Shown here: positions 1 to 9,572 of the stretch, one piece after another
Numbering within the stretch: position 1 is the first letter of the stretch
How the letters are laid out: each line of letters begins with the position of its first letter
Origin: an uncultured bacterium
GTDB taxonomy: Bacteria; Zixibacteria; MSB-5A5; CAIYYT01
Direction of reading: 5' to 3'
Assembly (NCBI GenBank): GCA_963726455.1
Contig: CAVSCK010000005.1
Coordinates: forward strand, 352,001 to 416,000
DNA: 64,000 bases
The notes under the pieces: model-generated
Database searches by the model: none
The model's input: only the letters and a program-made list of their open reading frames with translations
Told to the model about the DNA's origin: nothing
Program-made: the position numbers and the translations under genes

Positions 1-86
1 AACCGGCGGGCACTAACAGGTCCTTTCTCTTCACAAATCAGCAAGCGCATAGTACGAATTGGTCTATTCTTCCAGCCAAAAACACC

Positions 87-115
87 TTGCCGACGTCGAA
101 AAAAGGTGATATGGT
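87..115 (+). promoter_or_regulatory. sigma70-like promoter of the DUF3566-gltX operon
   Basis: TTGCCG (87-92), 17-nt spacer, TATGGT (110-115); AGGAGG SD before ATG 137. Confidence 0.5.
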
Positions 116-136
116 GCGTTTTTGACAGGAGGAAAC

Positions 137-529
137 ATGAAACTGGAACTCAAGAGAATTGGCGTCTGGTCGCTAGTCAAGATTTCATTTGTGGTGAATC
201 TGATCTTTGGATTTATCCTCGGTATCTTCTATGCGTTTCTGTTCGCACTGATGGCGGCCCTGCCGGTAAACATGGAAGAAGGTTCGTCTGGTATGTTTTC
301 GGTGTTTGCGGGCGTAGCTGCGATTTTGCTTCCTTTCATCTGCGCTATCGCTTGCGCGGTCTTTAACACGATCCTTGCTGCAATCGGGGGATGGGTCTAT
401 AACTTAATTGCCAAAGCCACAGGCGGGATTGAACTGGAGTACAGTCCGGTCGTACAAATGGTGCCGGCAACAACGGCGCCCGCGGGATATGAACCACCGC
501 CGGCAGGAGAACAAACAAGCTCGATATGA
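137..529 (+). CDS. DUF3566-like two-TM membrane protein
   Basis: SD AGGAGG then ATG 137; N-terminus LKRIGVWSLVKISF followed by two hydrophobic helices; ATGA overlap with gltX. Confidence 0.7.
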   Translation: MKLELKRIGVWSLVKISFVVNLIFGFILGIFYAFLFALMAALPVNMEEGSSGMFSVFAGVAAILLPFICAIACAVFNTILAAIGGWVYNLIAKATGGIELEYSPVVQMVPATTAPAGYEPPPAGEQTSSI

Positions 530-1989
530 CATTTTCGGAAATCAGAGTTCGCATTGCACCGTCGCCGACCGGATACTTTCATGTCGGCACGGCTCGCACC
601 GCTATCTTCAACTGGCTGTACGCGCGTCGCATGGGTGGCAAGTTTCTGCTTCGCATCGAAGATACCGATGCCGAGCGCTCGCGTACAGAGTATGTGGACG
701 TAATCCTTGACGGCCTCCGGTGGCTGGGCATGGATTGGGATGAAGAGATCGTCCACCAATCTTCGCGGCTGCACACCTATAAGCCGTTCGCGATGGAACT
801 GGTTGAACGCGGCAGCGCCTATCGTTGCTTCTGCAGCGCACAGGACTTGGCACAAAAACGCCAGATGGCGCAGCAGGCCAAAGTGAACTATCATTACGAT
901 CGCACGTGCCGCAATTTGACGCCGGAGCAGGTCAAAGCGAATCTGGACGCAGGAAAGCCGTTTGTGGTCCGGCTGAAACTGCCATTGCAGGGCATGGCGA
1001 CATTCGACGATGTGGTCCTGGGAAAACTTGAGAAGGACTACTCAGAGCTGGATGATTTCATAATTCTCAAGACCGACGGTAATGCGATTTACAATTTTGC
1101 CGTTGTGGTAGACGACCACGACATGCGGATTTCGCATATCATTCGCGGCAATGACCACATGACCAATACCTTCCTGCAGGTTGAGATTTACAAGGCGCTG
1201 CGATGGGAGATGCCGACCTTTGCGCATCTGTCGATGATTCTCGATATGAACCGCAACAAGGTATCCAAACGCAAAGGCGCCAAGGGAGTCACGGACTATC
1301 AGAAGGAAGGATACCTGCCGCAGGCGCTGTTTAATTTCCTGGCGCTGCTGGGCTGGTCACCAAAAGATGACCGGGAAATGATGTCGCGGGAGGACTTGAT
1401 CGCCGCGTTTACGCTCGAAGGAATCAATTCGGCGAACGCGATCTTTAATCCCGAAAAGCTGCTGTGGCTGAACGGCGAGTATATCAGGGAAATGAGCAAT
1501 CACGAAATTGCCGCCCTGGTGGCGCCGATGCTGGTGGAAGGCGGCCTGTCGACCAAATACTATCTCGAGACCCGCTGGCAGTGGTTGATGAACGTGGTTG
1601 GCCTGCTCAAGGAGCGCTGCAAATTGCTGACGGATTTTGTTGAGATGAGCCGCTACTTCTTTACCGATAACTTTGAATATGACGCCAAGGGCGCCGCGAA
1701 GCATTTCACGGTCGACGCCGCCAGGTACCTGACGGAACTGGCAGTCCGATTCGACGCCGCAGGCGAGTTGACGGAAACGAAATCCGAAGAGATTGTGCGT
1801 TCATATGCCGAGGAAATGAATGTCAAGCCGGCAGTATTGATTCATCCGACTCGTCTGGCGGTCACAGGCCTTACCGGTGGCCCATCGTTATTCGGTTTGA
1901 TGGAAGCGGTTGGCAAGGAACGCGTGGTCAAACGTATTCAACGGGCGATCGGATTCATCGAACAGCAATCACAAAAGAAGGAGGTATAG
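526..1989 (+). CDS. gltX: glutamate--tRNA ligase
   Basis: RIAPSPTG-FHVGTARTA (HIGH-like), LRIEDTD, KVSKRKG (KMSKS-like), Zn-site CFC...YDRTC. Confidence 0.97.
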   Translation: MTFSEIRVRIAPSPTGYFHVGTARTAIFNWLYARRMGGKFLLRIEDTDAERSRTEYVDVILDGLRWLGMDWDEEIVHQSSRLHTYKPFAMELVERGSAYRCFCSAQDLAQKRQMAQQAKVNYHYDRTCRNLTPEQVKANLDAGKPFVVRLKLPLQGMATFDDVVLGKLEKDYSELDDFIILKTDGNAIYNFAVVVDDHDMRISHIIRGNDHMTNTFLQVEIYKALRWEMPTFAHLSMILDMNRNKVSKRKGAKGVTDYQKEGYLPQALFNFLALLGWSPKDDREMMSREDLIAAFTLEGINSANAIFNPEKLLWLNGEYIREMSNHEIAALVAPMLVEGGLSTKYYLETRWQWLMNVVGLLKERCKLLTDFVEMSRYFFTDNFEYDAKGAAKHFTVDAARYLTELAVRFDAAGELTETKSEEIVRSYAEEMNVKPAVLIHPTRLAVTGLTGGPSLFGLMEAVGKERVVKRIQRAIGFIEQQSQKKEV

Positions 1990-1992
1990 ATT

Positions 1993-2157
1993 ATGCCGGA
2001 CGCCAAGAAAGCACTTGAGACGGAAGTTGAGAATCTGGAAAAGGAATATCAGCAGGCGCAGGCCCGGCCGGTTCCGGACAGAAAACAGGTTGACCATATC
2101 TACAAGCGACTGAAGAAGGCGCGCAAGGAATTGAAGGATCTGGAAGAGAAGAAGTAG
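1993..2157 (+). CDS. small 54-aa charged helical protein (not in ORF track)
   Basis: AAGGAGGT SD at the end of gltX, ATG 1993, TAG 2155-2157; MPDAKKALETEVENLEKEYQQAQARPVPDRKQVDHIYKRLKKARKELKDLEEKK. Confidence 0.75.
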   Translation: MPDAKKALETEVENLEKEYQQAQARPVPDRKQVDHIYKRLKKARKELKDLEEKK

Positions 2158-2235
2158 GATTGGCTTCGCAGCCAGTGCTACTTGCCAATCTTCAGGTTTC
2201 CGCGTTGATCGGTGGAATTACTTTCCGATAGACCA

Positions 2236-2315
2236 TAAACGAAAACCGGGATCTACTTAGGGAGCAGTTCCCGGTCTATGCGTGTGGGGGGCAATACACG
2301 CATTTATGGGGCAAT
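2236..2315 (-). ncRNA. candidate small RNA with C-rich loops and an intrinsic terminator
   Basis: Hairpins ATGCGTGT/ACACGCAT (2278-2303) and ACCGGGA/TCCCGGT (2245-2275) followed on the minus strand by a T-rich tail; minus-strand -35-like boxes at 2335-2340, 2402-2407 and 2570-2575. Confidence 0.4.
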
Positions 2316-2415
2316 CTTAGAATTTTATCTCAAGAGTCAATCGTCGCGGTGTAGCAGATTAGCTCTGTAGCTGCAGACAATTAACTTCCCGATTTCATCA
2401 CTGTCAAGCACTTCG

Positions 2416-2449
2416 TTGATTTTGTCACTTTCACGAGTTACAAAATCAA
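2416..2449. promoter_or_regulatory. inverted repeat, putative transcription-factor site
   Basis: TTGATTTTGT-N14-ACAAAATCAA, 8 nt upstream of a minus-strand TTGACA. Confidence 0.4.
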
Positions 2450-2719
2450 GCCTCTGATCCAATGTACCAGATGCATCTCAGGCGCAACTTGAGTACCACA
2501 AAGAAGTAGCCCGATATTCAACAAACCGTCTTGCTTAAGTCGCAGTAAATATCAGCGAATTTGCTGAAAAGTCAAGTGTTTCGCGAAAAAAAACTTGGTG
2601 AGTCAGGAGCGACTGATACTGAGCATGGGAGAGTGTTTGCGTAAAAAGTGACAAGTTAGATTGTAATTGTCTTCTCTGCTGAATGAAATGCTAAAAGGTT
2701 CGGACAATGTCTGCGGGAT

Positions 2720-3478
2720 TTAGCGGTTTAGCTCATAAATCAGCCGCAGGCCGTCAAGCGTGATGTCGGGAAGGACATCGGAAATGAATTTGGATTTGGG
2801 AGCGATCAGTGTCGCGAGGCCGCCGGTGGCGATGACTTTGGGTTTCTTCCCCCAGTAGGACGCGATGCTCTCAATGATGTAATCCGTTTGGCCAATTGCC
2901 CCTAGGTAGGAGCCGGCTTTCATGGCCTCCTCGCTCGACTTGCCGATCGGAGATTCAGGCGCTTCGAAGGAAATCTTGAACAGTTGTGCGGCACGGTGAG
3001 CCAGGGCAGATTGTGCCGTTTCGATTCCGGGAGCAATCACGCCACCAAAATAGGCGCCTTTTTCGGAAATGATGCTAAAAGTCGTGGCGGTTCCGAAATC
3101 GACAACAATCGTCGGACCACCGAAGCGATCAAACGCGGCAACGGAATCGCAAATTCGGTCGGCGCCGATTTCCGATGGTTGCGGGTAGTCGAAAGTAATG
3201 TTGAGTTTGAGGCGGTGATGCACGAACAGCGGCTCAAGATGATAGTATTCGTCGGCCATGCGGCGAAATATGCCTTCGAGCTTCGGCACAACCGTGGCGA
3301 CAACCATGGCTGAGATCTGCGGCAGGCGCTTGAGTTCCATGAAGTGAGAGACCAGAATAGCTGATTCATCCGCGGTGCGCGCATGATCGGTGGCGACCCG
3401 CAAAGTCGTCAGCAGTGATTTGCCTTTGTAGAATCCGAAAACGATGTTACTGTTGCCAATGTCGACTGCCAGAAGCAT
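2720..3478 (-). CDS. coaX: type III pantothenate kinase
   Basis: LAVDIGNSN, IGADR, VVDFGTATT, GGVIAPG, IATGG motifs. Confidence 0.96.
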   Translation of the reverse strand: MLLAVDIGNSNIVFGFYKGKSLLTTLRVATDHARTADESAILVSHFMELKRLPQISAMVVATVVPKLEGIFRRMADEYYHLEPLFVHHRLKLNITFDYPQPSEIGADRICDSVAAFDRFGGPTIVVDFGTATTFSIISEKGAYFGGVIAPGIETAQSALAHRAAQLFKISFEAPESPIGKSSEEAMKAGSYLGAIGQTDYIIESIASYWGKKPKVIATGGLATLIAPKSKFISDVLPDITLDGLRLIYELNR

Positions 3479-3605
3479 GTATCACTCTCCCGGTGGAAGA
3501 ATATAGCGGAAAGTTGTCGGAGCGCAAGTCGCGTCGCATGGCAGCTTTCGGCACAAAGGCAATTTCGCTTGGCTGCAACAGGCAAGTCTATTACTATTGA
3601 GGGCA

Positions 3606-4673
3606 ATGAACTCCTTACATCGGGCACTCGGAATCGGCGTGGCTCTGGCGTTCGGAGCGCTAATCATGGGTTGCCAAACCCAGACCGGCGGTGGCTTTAA
3701 CGCCAGGTCGGGCGTGGTCAGCAGGAACCATCAAATCGAAGGCGACGCGCTCAGACCGGATTCGATTCGACAGGATTCCAAGTTTCAGAATTTCTATATG
3801 AGCGATCATCTGGTGTTTCTGGGACAGGATGACACCGCGCGCTATGCGCTTACGGTCACGTTGGGACGCGGACTCGCGGACAATCGTTTCAAGCGGTCGG
3901 AGCGAGATTTTACCGGGTTTCTGTTTGATGGCAAGGGCTGGACGACGTTACCATATACGAGGATGAAACAGGACTTGATGCGGCTGGACGTGAACTATCC
4001 CTATCTCTTCGGAGGACTCAATTGGACGAAGCCGTACACCGACGGCGAGTTTTCGTATGATCGGCACGACTTCAAATTTGCCCTCACCTTCAGTGATCTT
4101 AAGCCGGTGCAGTCGTTTCGCGATGATGGAACGCGGGTGCGCAACCACGCCATCGGGCAGGGAACGCTGACCTTGCCGGGCATTGAGATAAGAGGCACAG
4201 TCTATTACGAATTGATGGTATTGGAAGGTTACAACCCGCTGGCGAATGTGACAAAAGGAATTACTTACACGAATTATGACTGGCTTGTTGCGATGTCATC
4301 GTCGGGGAAGCAGTTGATTTGTTCGAGTGATTCAACCACTCCGAATGATCGAATCAAGAAGAATTTCCTAGCGTTGCAGACGGCGGAGGGACTTAGGTAT
4401 GCGGACGGCTCGGACCAGGTGCGAGTTGTTTCGGATGAATTGGTTCGTGATCCCAAGATCAATGAACTGCTGGCGCTCAAGAAGACAATCGTAGCGCCGG
4501 AACTGGGAGTCGATGCAAGTCTCAAGCTGACCGAACAGAGAGTCTTCTTGACCAACGGATTCTGTCTATCGCTCGTGGACGGAGCGCTTTCAGTTGATGG
4601 CGCCGCCGAAAATGTCTGGGGAATCGTGGAGCATAAGCAGCAACCGAAAAGTGATGCGGGAGTACTGAAATAA
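3606..4673 (+). CDS. hypothetical lipoprotein, beta-rich
   Basis: Signal peptide with lipobox-like LIMG-C; long ORF with host-like codon usage; no family recognised. Confidence 0.7.
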   Translation: MNSLHRALGIGVALAFGALIMGCQTQTGGGFNARSGVVSRNHQIEGDALRPDSIRQDSKFQNFYMSDHLVFLGQDDTARYALTVTLGRGLADNRFKRSERDFTGFLFDGKGWTTLPYTRMKQDLMRLDVNYPYLFGGLNWTKPYTDGEFSYDRHDFKFALTFSDLKPVQSFRDDGTRVRNHAIGQGTLTLPGIEIRGTVYYELMVLEGYNPLANVTKGITYTNYDWLVAMSSSGKQLICSSDSTTPNDRIKKNFLALQTAEGLRYADGSDQVRVVSDELVRDPKINELLALKKTIVAPELGVDASLKLTEQRVFLTNGFCLSLVDGALSVDGAAENVWGIVEHKQQPKSDAGVLK

Positions 4674-4725
4674 GGTTTCGATCAGCATATGAACGGTGTA
4701 ATTTCGGGACAGCAGGAATATCAAG

Positions 4726-5214
4726 ATGAACGACAAAGTTGATAAAGAACTATTGGAGGATGCCGCCAAACTGTGGCTGGCGCATGACGGGTTGTGGTTT
4801 CTCGAAGTCGAGCGCGAGCTGGGGATGGAAAAGGCGATTGAGTTGGATAAGAACGCCTGGGAGAAGTTTACCGTGATTGAAGCCCGGCGAATTATTGCGC
4901 GGCTGGAGCTGCCACCGAATGGCGGACTGGAGGCATTGAAGAGGGCACTCAAACACCGGCTGTATGCCTATATCAACACCCAGGAAATTGTCGAGGAAAC
5001 TCCGCATAGTCTGGTGTTTCGGATGAACGAATGCCGCGTGCAAACGGCGCGCCAAAAAGCAGGCCGGGAGCCGTTTCCCTGCAAGCAGGTTGGCGTGGTG
5101 GAATATGAAAGATTTGCGACCACGATTGACCCAAGGATCAGGACGCAGTGCGTGCTTTGTCCGCCGGATCCGAAACATCCGAACTACTGGTGCGCGTGGA
5201 AGTTTAGCGTATGA
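4726..5214 (+). CDS. DUF6125-family protein
   Basis: WLAHDGLWFLEVE...EKAIELD, CRVQxAR, C-terminal CPPD...WCAWKF. Confidence 0.8.
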   Translation: MNDKVDKELLEDAAKLWLAHDGLWFLEVERELGMEKAIELDKNAWEKFTVIEARRIIARLELPPNGGLEALKRALKHRLYAYINTQEIVEETPHSLVFRMNECRVQTARQKAGREPFPCKQVGVVEYERFATTIDPRIRTQCVLCPPDPKHPNYWCAWKFSV

Positions 5215-5280
5215 CGGATGAAAACGGGTTCATGACACCCAGACATACAAGAAAAATCAGGGCAATCAGTGATAAAGTCC

Positions 5281-5309
5281 TTGACAAAGTAAGACGACTC
5301 ATACATTAT
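5281..5309 (+). promoter_or_regulatory. sigma70 promoter of dtxR overlapped by putative operator
   Basis: TTGACA-17-CATTAT, 6 nt before ATG; 5289-5306 is the reverse complement of ATGTATGA-N4-TCTTAC. Confidence 0.7.
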
Positions 5310-5315
5310 TGAACT

Positions 5316-5750
5316 ATGTACCGTTTAACTGCCAGAGATGAAGACTATTTGGAGTCGATCTACCGTCTCTCCAAGGTCAATGACACGGTGGGGGTTACCG
5401 ATGTGGCCAAGGCGCGCAAGGTGACGGTGCCCACGGCGAGAACGGCAGTGGCACGGCTGGCGAGCGGCGGTTATGTGCGGCAACAGCATTACGGCAAAAT
5501 CGTGCTGAATCCGTCCGGCAACCGTTTGGGAGAGAGGATCTTCGCGGTTCACAAAGCGCTGAGGAGGTTTTTGACCGACGCTCTATTGATCGATCCGCAG
5601 CAAGCGGAACAGGAGGCCTGCAAGATGGAACATGGCCTGTCGCGAACCACACTCAGAAGGTTGACCCTGTTTCTGGAGGCAATCACCAGTTGCAGCGGCG
5701 GCGACCCGAAGTGTCTCAACAATTTCCGAGAGGAAATTGCCAGAGAGTAA
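5316..5750 (+). CDS. DtxR/MntR-family metal-dependent repressor
   Basis: EDYLESIY, HTH, EACKMEH metal site; directly upstream of feoAB. Confidence 0.93.
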   Translation: MYRLTARDEDYLESIYRLSKVNDTVGVTDVAKARKVTVPTARTAVARLASGGYVRQQHYGKIVLNPSGNRLGERIFAVHKALRRFLTDALLIDPQQAEQEACKMEHGLSRTTLRRLTLFLEAITSCSGGDPKCLNNFREEIARE

Positions 5751-5765
5751 AAAAATTTGCGTTAT

Positions 5766-5785
5766 ATGTATGATAATTCTTACAT
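5766..5785. promoter_or_regulatory. putative DtxR-family operator upstream of feoA
   Basis: Imperfect palindrome ATGTATGATAATTCTTACAT sharing ATGTATGA-N4-TCTTAC with the dtxR promoter site. Confidence 0.65.
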
Positions 5786-5804
5786 TGCGTTAGGAGTCTT
5801 AGAG

Positions 5805-6053
5805 TTGGTAAGAGACAAAGAAGAGTTGACGCTAGCCGATCTCAAACGGGGCGACAGTGCGACGGTGGTGAACATCCGGGCAGAGGGGACGATTCGCCAA
5901 CGGCTGCTGCATTTCGGGTTTCGATTGGGCGAGACGGTCAAGGTGGTGCGGTTGGCGCCACTCGCCGATCCTATGGAGTTAAGTCTCAAAGGCGGGTACC
6001 TGAGCTTGCGACGTTCCGAGGCAGCGCTGATTGATGTGAGGAAGACGGCATGA
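5805..6053 (+). CDS. feoA: ferrous iron transport protein A
   Basis: LADLKRG...RLLHFGF...RLAPLADP...LSLRRSEA; SD AGGAG 5792-5796 favours TTG 5805. Confidence 0.92.
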   Translation: MVRDKEELTLADLKRGDSATVVNIRAEGTIRQRLLHFGFRLGETVKVVRLAPLADPMELSLKGGYLSLRRSEAALIDVRKTA

Positions 6054-8200
6054 GCGCTATCCATACCGTCGCCCGTCGCTTCACGGTGGCGCTGGCAGGC
6101 AATCCGAATTGCGGGAAAACCTCGGTCTTTAACGGCCTTACGGGCGCGCGGGCACGCGTGGGCAATTATGCCGGAGTGACGGTGGAGAAACGCAGCGCGG
6201 TTGTCGCCCATGACGGGCGCGAAATCGAGTACGTCGATCTACCGGGTGTGTATAGTCTGGCGGCGATCACACTGGACGAGTCGGCGGCACGCGATTTTAT
6301 CCTGCATGAGCATCCCGATCTGGTAGTGAATGTGGTCGACGCCGGCAATCTGGAGCGCAATTTGCAGCTGACTGCGCAGTTAATGGAAATGGGGGTGCCG
6401 CTGGTCATTGTGCTGAACATGTGGGACGAAGCGTCGCATCAGGGCGTACGCATCGATGAACGTGAGCTGTCTGAGCGTCTGCGCGCGCCGATCATCAAGA
6501 CGGTCGGTCACCGCGGCATTGGATTGGATCGCCTGCGACGTTTGGTGCGACAGATGCTCGACGGCGAAAACGACTCGACGTTCGCTTCGCCGATTAGTTA
6601 TGGAATAATCGTTGATCAGGAAATAGCGGCGATCTCCCGCCAAGTTGCGGCAACATCGTGTAATACCCTGCCGCCCCGCTGGTATGCGGTTAACCTGCTG
6701 GAAAATTCGGTCGTGCTCGAGGAGTTCGCCGAACTGTCATTGGTAGAAAAGGCAAGCATCCTCTCCCAGGTGTCGGCCTCGAAGAAGACGATCGAGCAGC
6801 ACTTGAAATCCAAATCAGATACTGCCATTGACAACGGCCGTTGTGAATACATCCGCCGGACGATTGCTGCAACGATGAGCCAGGGCGGCGACCGGATGGC
6901 GTTGTCGAACCGGATCGATGACATCGTAACGCATCGCATACTCGGATTTCCGATATTTCTGCTGGCGATGTGGCTGCTGTTCCAGGGAACTTTCGTGCTG
7001 GGCAAATATCCGGCCGATTGGATCAGTAAGGGCGTCGGCGTGATTTCGTCGTTGATTGCCGGAATATTGCCGGCTGGTTTTCTGTCGAATTTGTTGACGC
7101 AGGGGGTGATCGGCGGCGTTGGTTCGGTGCTGGTGTTTATGCCGAACATCATGATACTATTTCTCGGAGTGGCGATACTGGAAGATTCCGGTTATATGGC
7201 GCGCGCGGCGTTTATAATGGATCGTTTGATGCGTGTTCTGGGGCTTCAGGGTAAAGCGTTTATCCCGATGTTGATGGGTTTCGGGTGCAATGTGCCGGCG
7301 ATTATGGCGACGCGCACTTTGGAATCACGTCGTGACCGGATACTCACGATCCTGTTGATACCATTCATGTCCTGTTCGGCGCGGCTGGCAGTGTACGTGC
7401 TATTTGCGAGCGCGTTCTTTGCCCGAAGCGCGGGTAATGTGATTTTCCTGCTGTACTTGATGGGCGTCGGAATTGCGGTGTCTGTCGGATGGATTCTGCG
7501 GAAGACGTTATTTGCGGGCAAGAGTGTGCCTTTCATTATCGAGTTCCCTCCCTACCGGCGGCCTTCGCTTAAGACGGGCGCGTTGCACATGTGGGAACGC
7601 GGCAAGGTGTATTTGCACAAGATGGGCGGCGTCATTCTATTAGCGTCGGTGATATTATGGGTACTGGGAGCGTTTCCGAAAGCCAGCCACTATTCGCAAG
7701 ATTACGACGCGCAGATCGCGAATTTGCAGCAGTCAACCGACAGCGGCGCGCGCGAAAGCGTCGCGCGTCTACAGGCGGAAAAGTCAGCGGAGGACATGAG
7801 CTACTCGCTGGTCGGGCGAATCGGCCACGCGGTGGCGCCGGTGCTGCAACCAATGGGACTCAATTGGCAGATGGGAGTGGCACTGGTCACGGGATTTTTC
7901 GCCAAGGAAGTCGTGGTCTCGTCGATGGGTGTGCTCTACAAGGTAGGCGATCAATCGGATCCATCTTCGGCGGGACTGGTTAAAGCGCTACAGAACCCGG
8001 CCAACGGGATCACCCCATTGGCGGCGTTTGCGTTTCTCGTGTTCGTGCTGCTCTACACGCCTTGCGTATCGGTATTGATCACGGTGCGTCGAGAGATTGG
8101 CGCGCGCTGGATGGTTTACGGAGTACTGGCGCAGTTAGTGCTGGCCTGGATGATGGCGTTTTCGGTCTATCAGATCGGGCATTTGCTGGGGATTGGCTAA
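6050..8200 (+). CDS. feoB: ferrous iron transport protein B
   Basis: GNPNCGKT, GNYAGVTVE, DLPG, NMWD GTPase motifs; GFGCNVPA and PFMSCSAR gate motifs. Confidence 0.97.
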   Translation: MSAIHTVARRFTVALAGNPNCGKTSVFNGLTGARARVGNYAGVTVEKRSAVVAHDGREIEYVDLPGVYSLAAITLDESAARDFILHEHPDLVVNVVDAGNLERNLQLTAQLMEMGVPLVIVLNMWDEASHQGVRIDERELSERLRAPIIKTVGHRGIGLDRLRRLVRQMLDGENDSTFASPISYGIIVDQEIAAISRQVAATSCNTLPPRWYAVNLLENSVVLEEFAELSLVEKASILSQVSASKKTIEQHLKSKSDTAIDNGRCEYIRRTIAATMSQGGDRMALSNRIDDIVTHRILGFPIFLLAMWLLFQGTFVLGKYPADWISKGVGVISSLIAGILPAGFLSNLLTQGVIGGVGSVLVFMPNIMILFLGVAILEDSGYMARAAFIMDRLMRVLGLQGKAFIPMLMGFGCNVPAIMATRTLESRRDRILTILLIPFMSCSARLAVYVLFASAFFARSAGNVIFLLYLMGVGIAVSVGWILRKTLFAGKSVPFIIEFPPYRRPSLKTGALHMWERGKVYLHKMGGVILLASVILWVLGAFPKASHYSQDYDAQIANLQQSTDSGARESVARLQAEKSAEDMSYSLVGRIGHAVAPVLQPMGLNWQMGVALVTGFFAKEVVVSSMGVLYKVGDQSDPSSAGLVKALQNPANGITPLAAFAFLVFVLLYTPCVSVLITVRREIGARWMVYGVLAQLVLAWMMAFSVYQIGHLLGIG

Positions 8201-8328
8201 CTTTCGATGATTTTAGGCGGGCTGGACGCTATCGCAGGAAAAAAGTCGGTGGGTCGATAATTGACGCAACTTTCCACCTCGAATTTAGTTATTATAGCCA
8301 TTTCAGACGACCGCATCACGCAAAGTGA

Positions 8329-8356
8329 TTGACGGAAAAAGGCGAAATCTTATAAT
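8329..8356 (+). promoter_or_regulatory. sigma70 promoter of efflux operon
   Basis: TTGACG-16-TATAAT, 14 nt before ATG 8371. Confidence 0.6.
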
Positions 8357-8370
8357 ACCGAGTTATTGAT

Positions 8371-9570
8371 ATGACGGAATCGCGCCCTGACAATGTCGAT
8401 CTGTCGGCACTGAAGATCGACCGCAAGAAGAAGAACTCCGATGCCCCACGGCGTGGCCGAAAATGGCTGCACTTGCTCTGGCTGCTGGTGCCCGTGGCAG
8501 CCTATTTCGCTTATCAATTTACGGTGAAGTCGGTCGCACCGGCGGTCAAAGTTGAAGGTGCACGTGTTCAGTTACTCACCGGATCGGAATCAGCCGCCGA
8601 GTTGGTCGCCACCGGGTATGTCGTAGCCCAGGTAAAGGCGGCGGTGGCATCCAAAGGCACCGGCCGGCTGGAGAAGCTGATGGTCGAAGAGGGTGACAAA
8701 GTCACGGCGGGCGAGATACTGGCGATACTCGACAACAGCGATATCCGTGCGAGTCTTGATATGGCCAAGGCAAGTTTGCGGGCGGCACGTGCCGATTCGG
8801 TCAATGCGGCGATCACACTGAATCGCCAGAAGGAATTGCTAAAAAAAGACGCGACGACACAGGATGTGGTTGATGTTGCTCAGGCAGGATACGACCGGTC
8901 GGTTGCCAATATGGACGTGCAGCGGGCCTCGATCCAATCGGCAGAGGTGGCGCTGGAGAATACAATCATTCGCGCGCCATTTGACGGCACGGTGCTGACC
9001 AAGAACGCCGATGTCGGCGAAATGGTGGCGCCGTTTGCGTCGGCGTCATCCTCCAAAGGCGCCGTGGTAACGATTGCGGACATGTCGTCGCTGGAAGTCG
9101 AGGCCGATGTATCGGAATCGAATATTTACAAAGTCAAAGTCGGGCAGCCGTGCGAGATCGTGCTGGATGCCTATCCGGGTGTAAGATATCTGGGCTTTGT
9201 CAAGAAGATCGTGCCGACGGCAGATCGGTCGCGGGCGACGGTCATGGTCAAGATTGGTTTCAAGAATATTGATGACAAAGTGCTTCCGGAAATGTCGTCG
9301 CGAGTGAATTTTCTGCCGCCGACGGAGCAACTGGCGTCCGCAGAAGAAAAACCGACTTTGGTAGTGGCAAAGGAAGCGATTACGTCGCGCGGCCAAGGCA
9401 AAGTAGTATTCAAGATAGCGGGCGAATATGTGCAACAGACGCCGATCGAAACGGGACGTGAGTTGGGGAAAGTGACGGAGATTATTTCCGGGCTTGCGGT
9501 CGGCGATCTGGTGGTAATGTCGCCGCCGGGTGGAATGAAGACGGGCGACAAAGTGGAATTGACGAGGTAA
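8371..9570 (+). CDS. efflux periplasmic adaptor subunit (MacA/HlyD family)
   Basis: N-terminal TM, lipoyl half motifs VEEGDKV and IRAPFDGTV. Confidence 0.93.
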   Translation: MTESRPDNVDLSALKIDRKKKNSDAPRRGRKWLHLLWLLVPVAAYFAYQFTVKSVAPAVKVEGARVQLLTGSESAAELVATGYVVAQVKAAVASKGTGRLEKLMVEEGDKVTAGEILAILDNSDIRASLDMAKASLRAARADSVNAAITLNRQKELLKKDATTQDVVDVAQAGYDRSVANMDVQRASIQSAEVALENTIIRAPFDGTVLTKNADVGEMVAPFASASSSKGAVVTIADMSSLEVEADVSESNIYKVKVGQPCEIVLDAYPGVRYLGFVKKIVPTADRSRATVMVKIGFKNIDDKVLPEMSSRVNFLPPTEQLASAEEKPTLVVAKEAITSRGQGKVVFKIAGEYVQQTPIETGRELGKVTEIISGLAVGDLVVMSPPGGMKTGDKVELTR

Positions 9571-9572
9571 AC

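Noticed and set aside
2158-2719. tRNA, SRP RNA or tmRNA after gltX
   Set aside because: No T-loop GTTCRA cloverleaf, SRP GGAA loop motif or tag frame recognised
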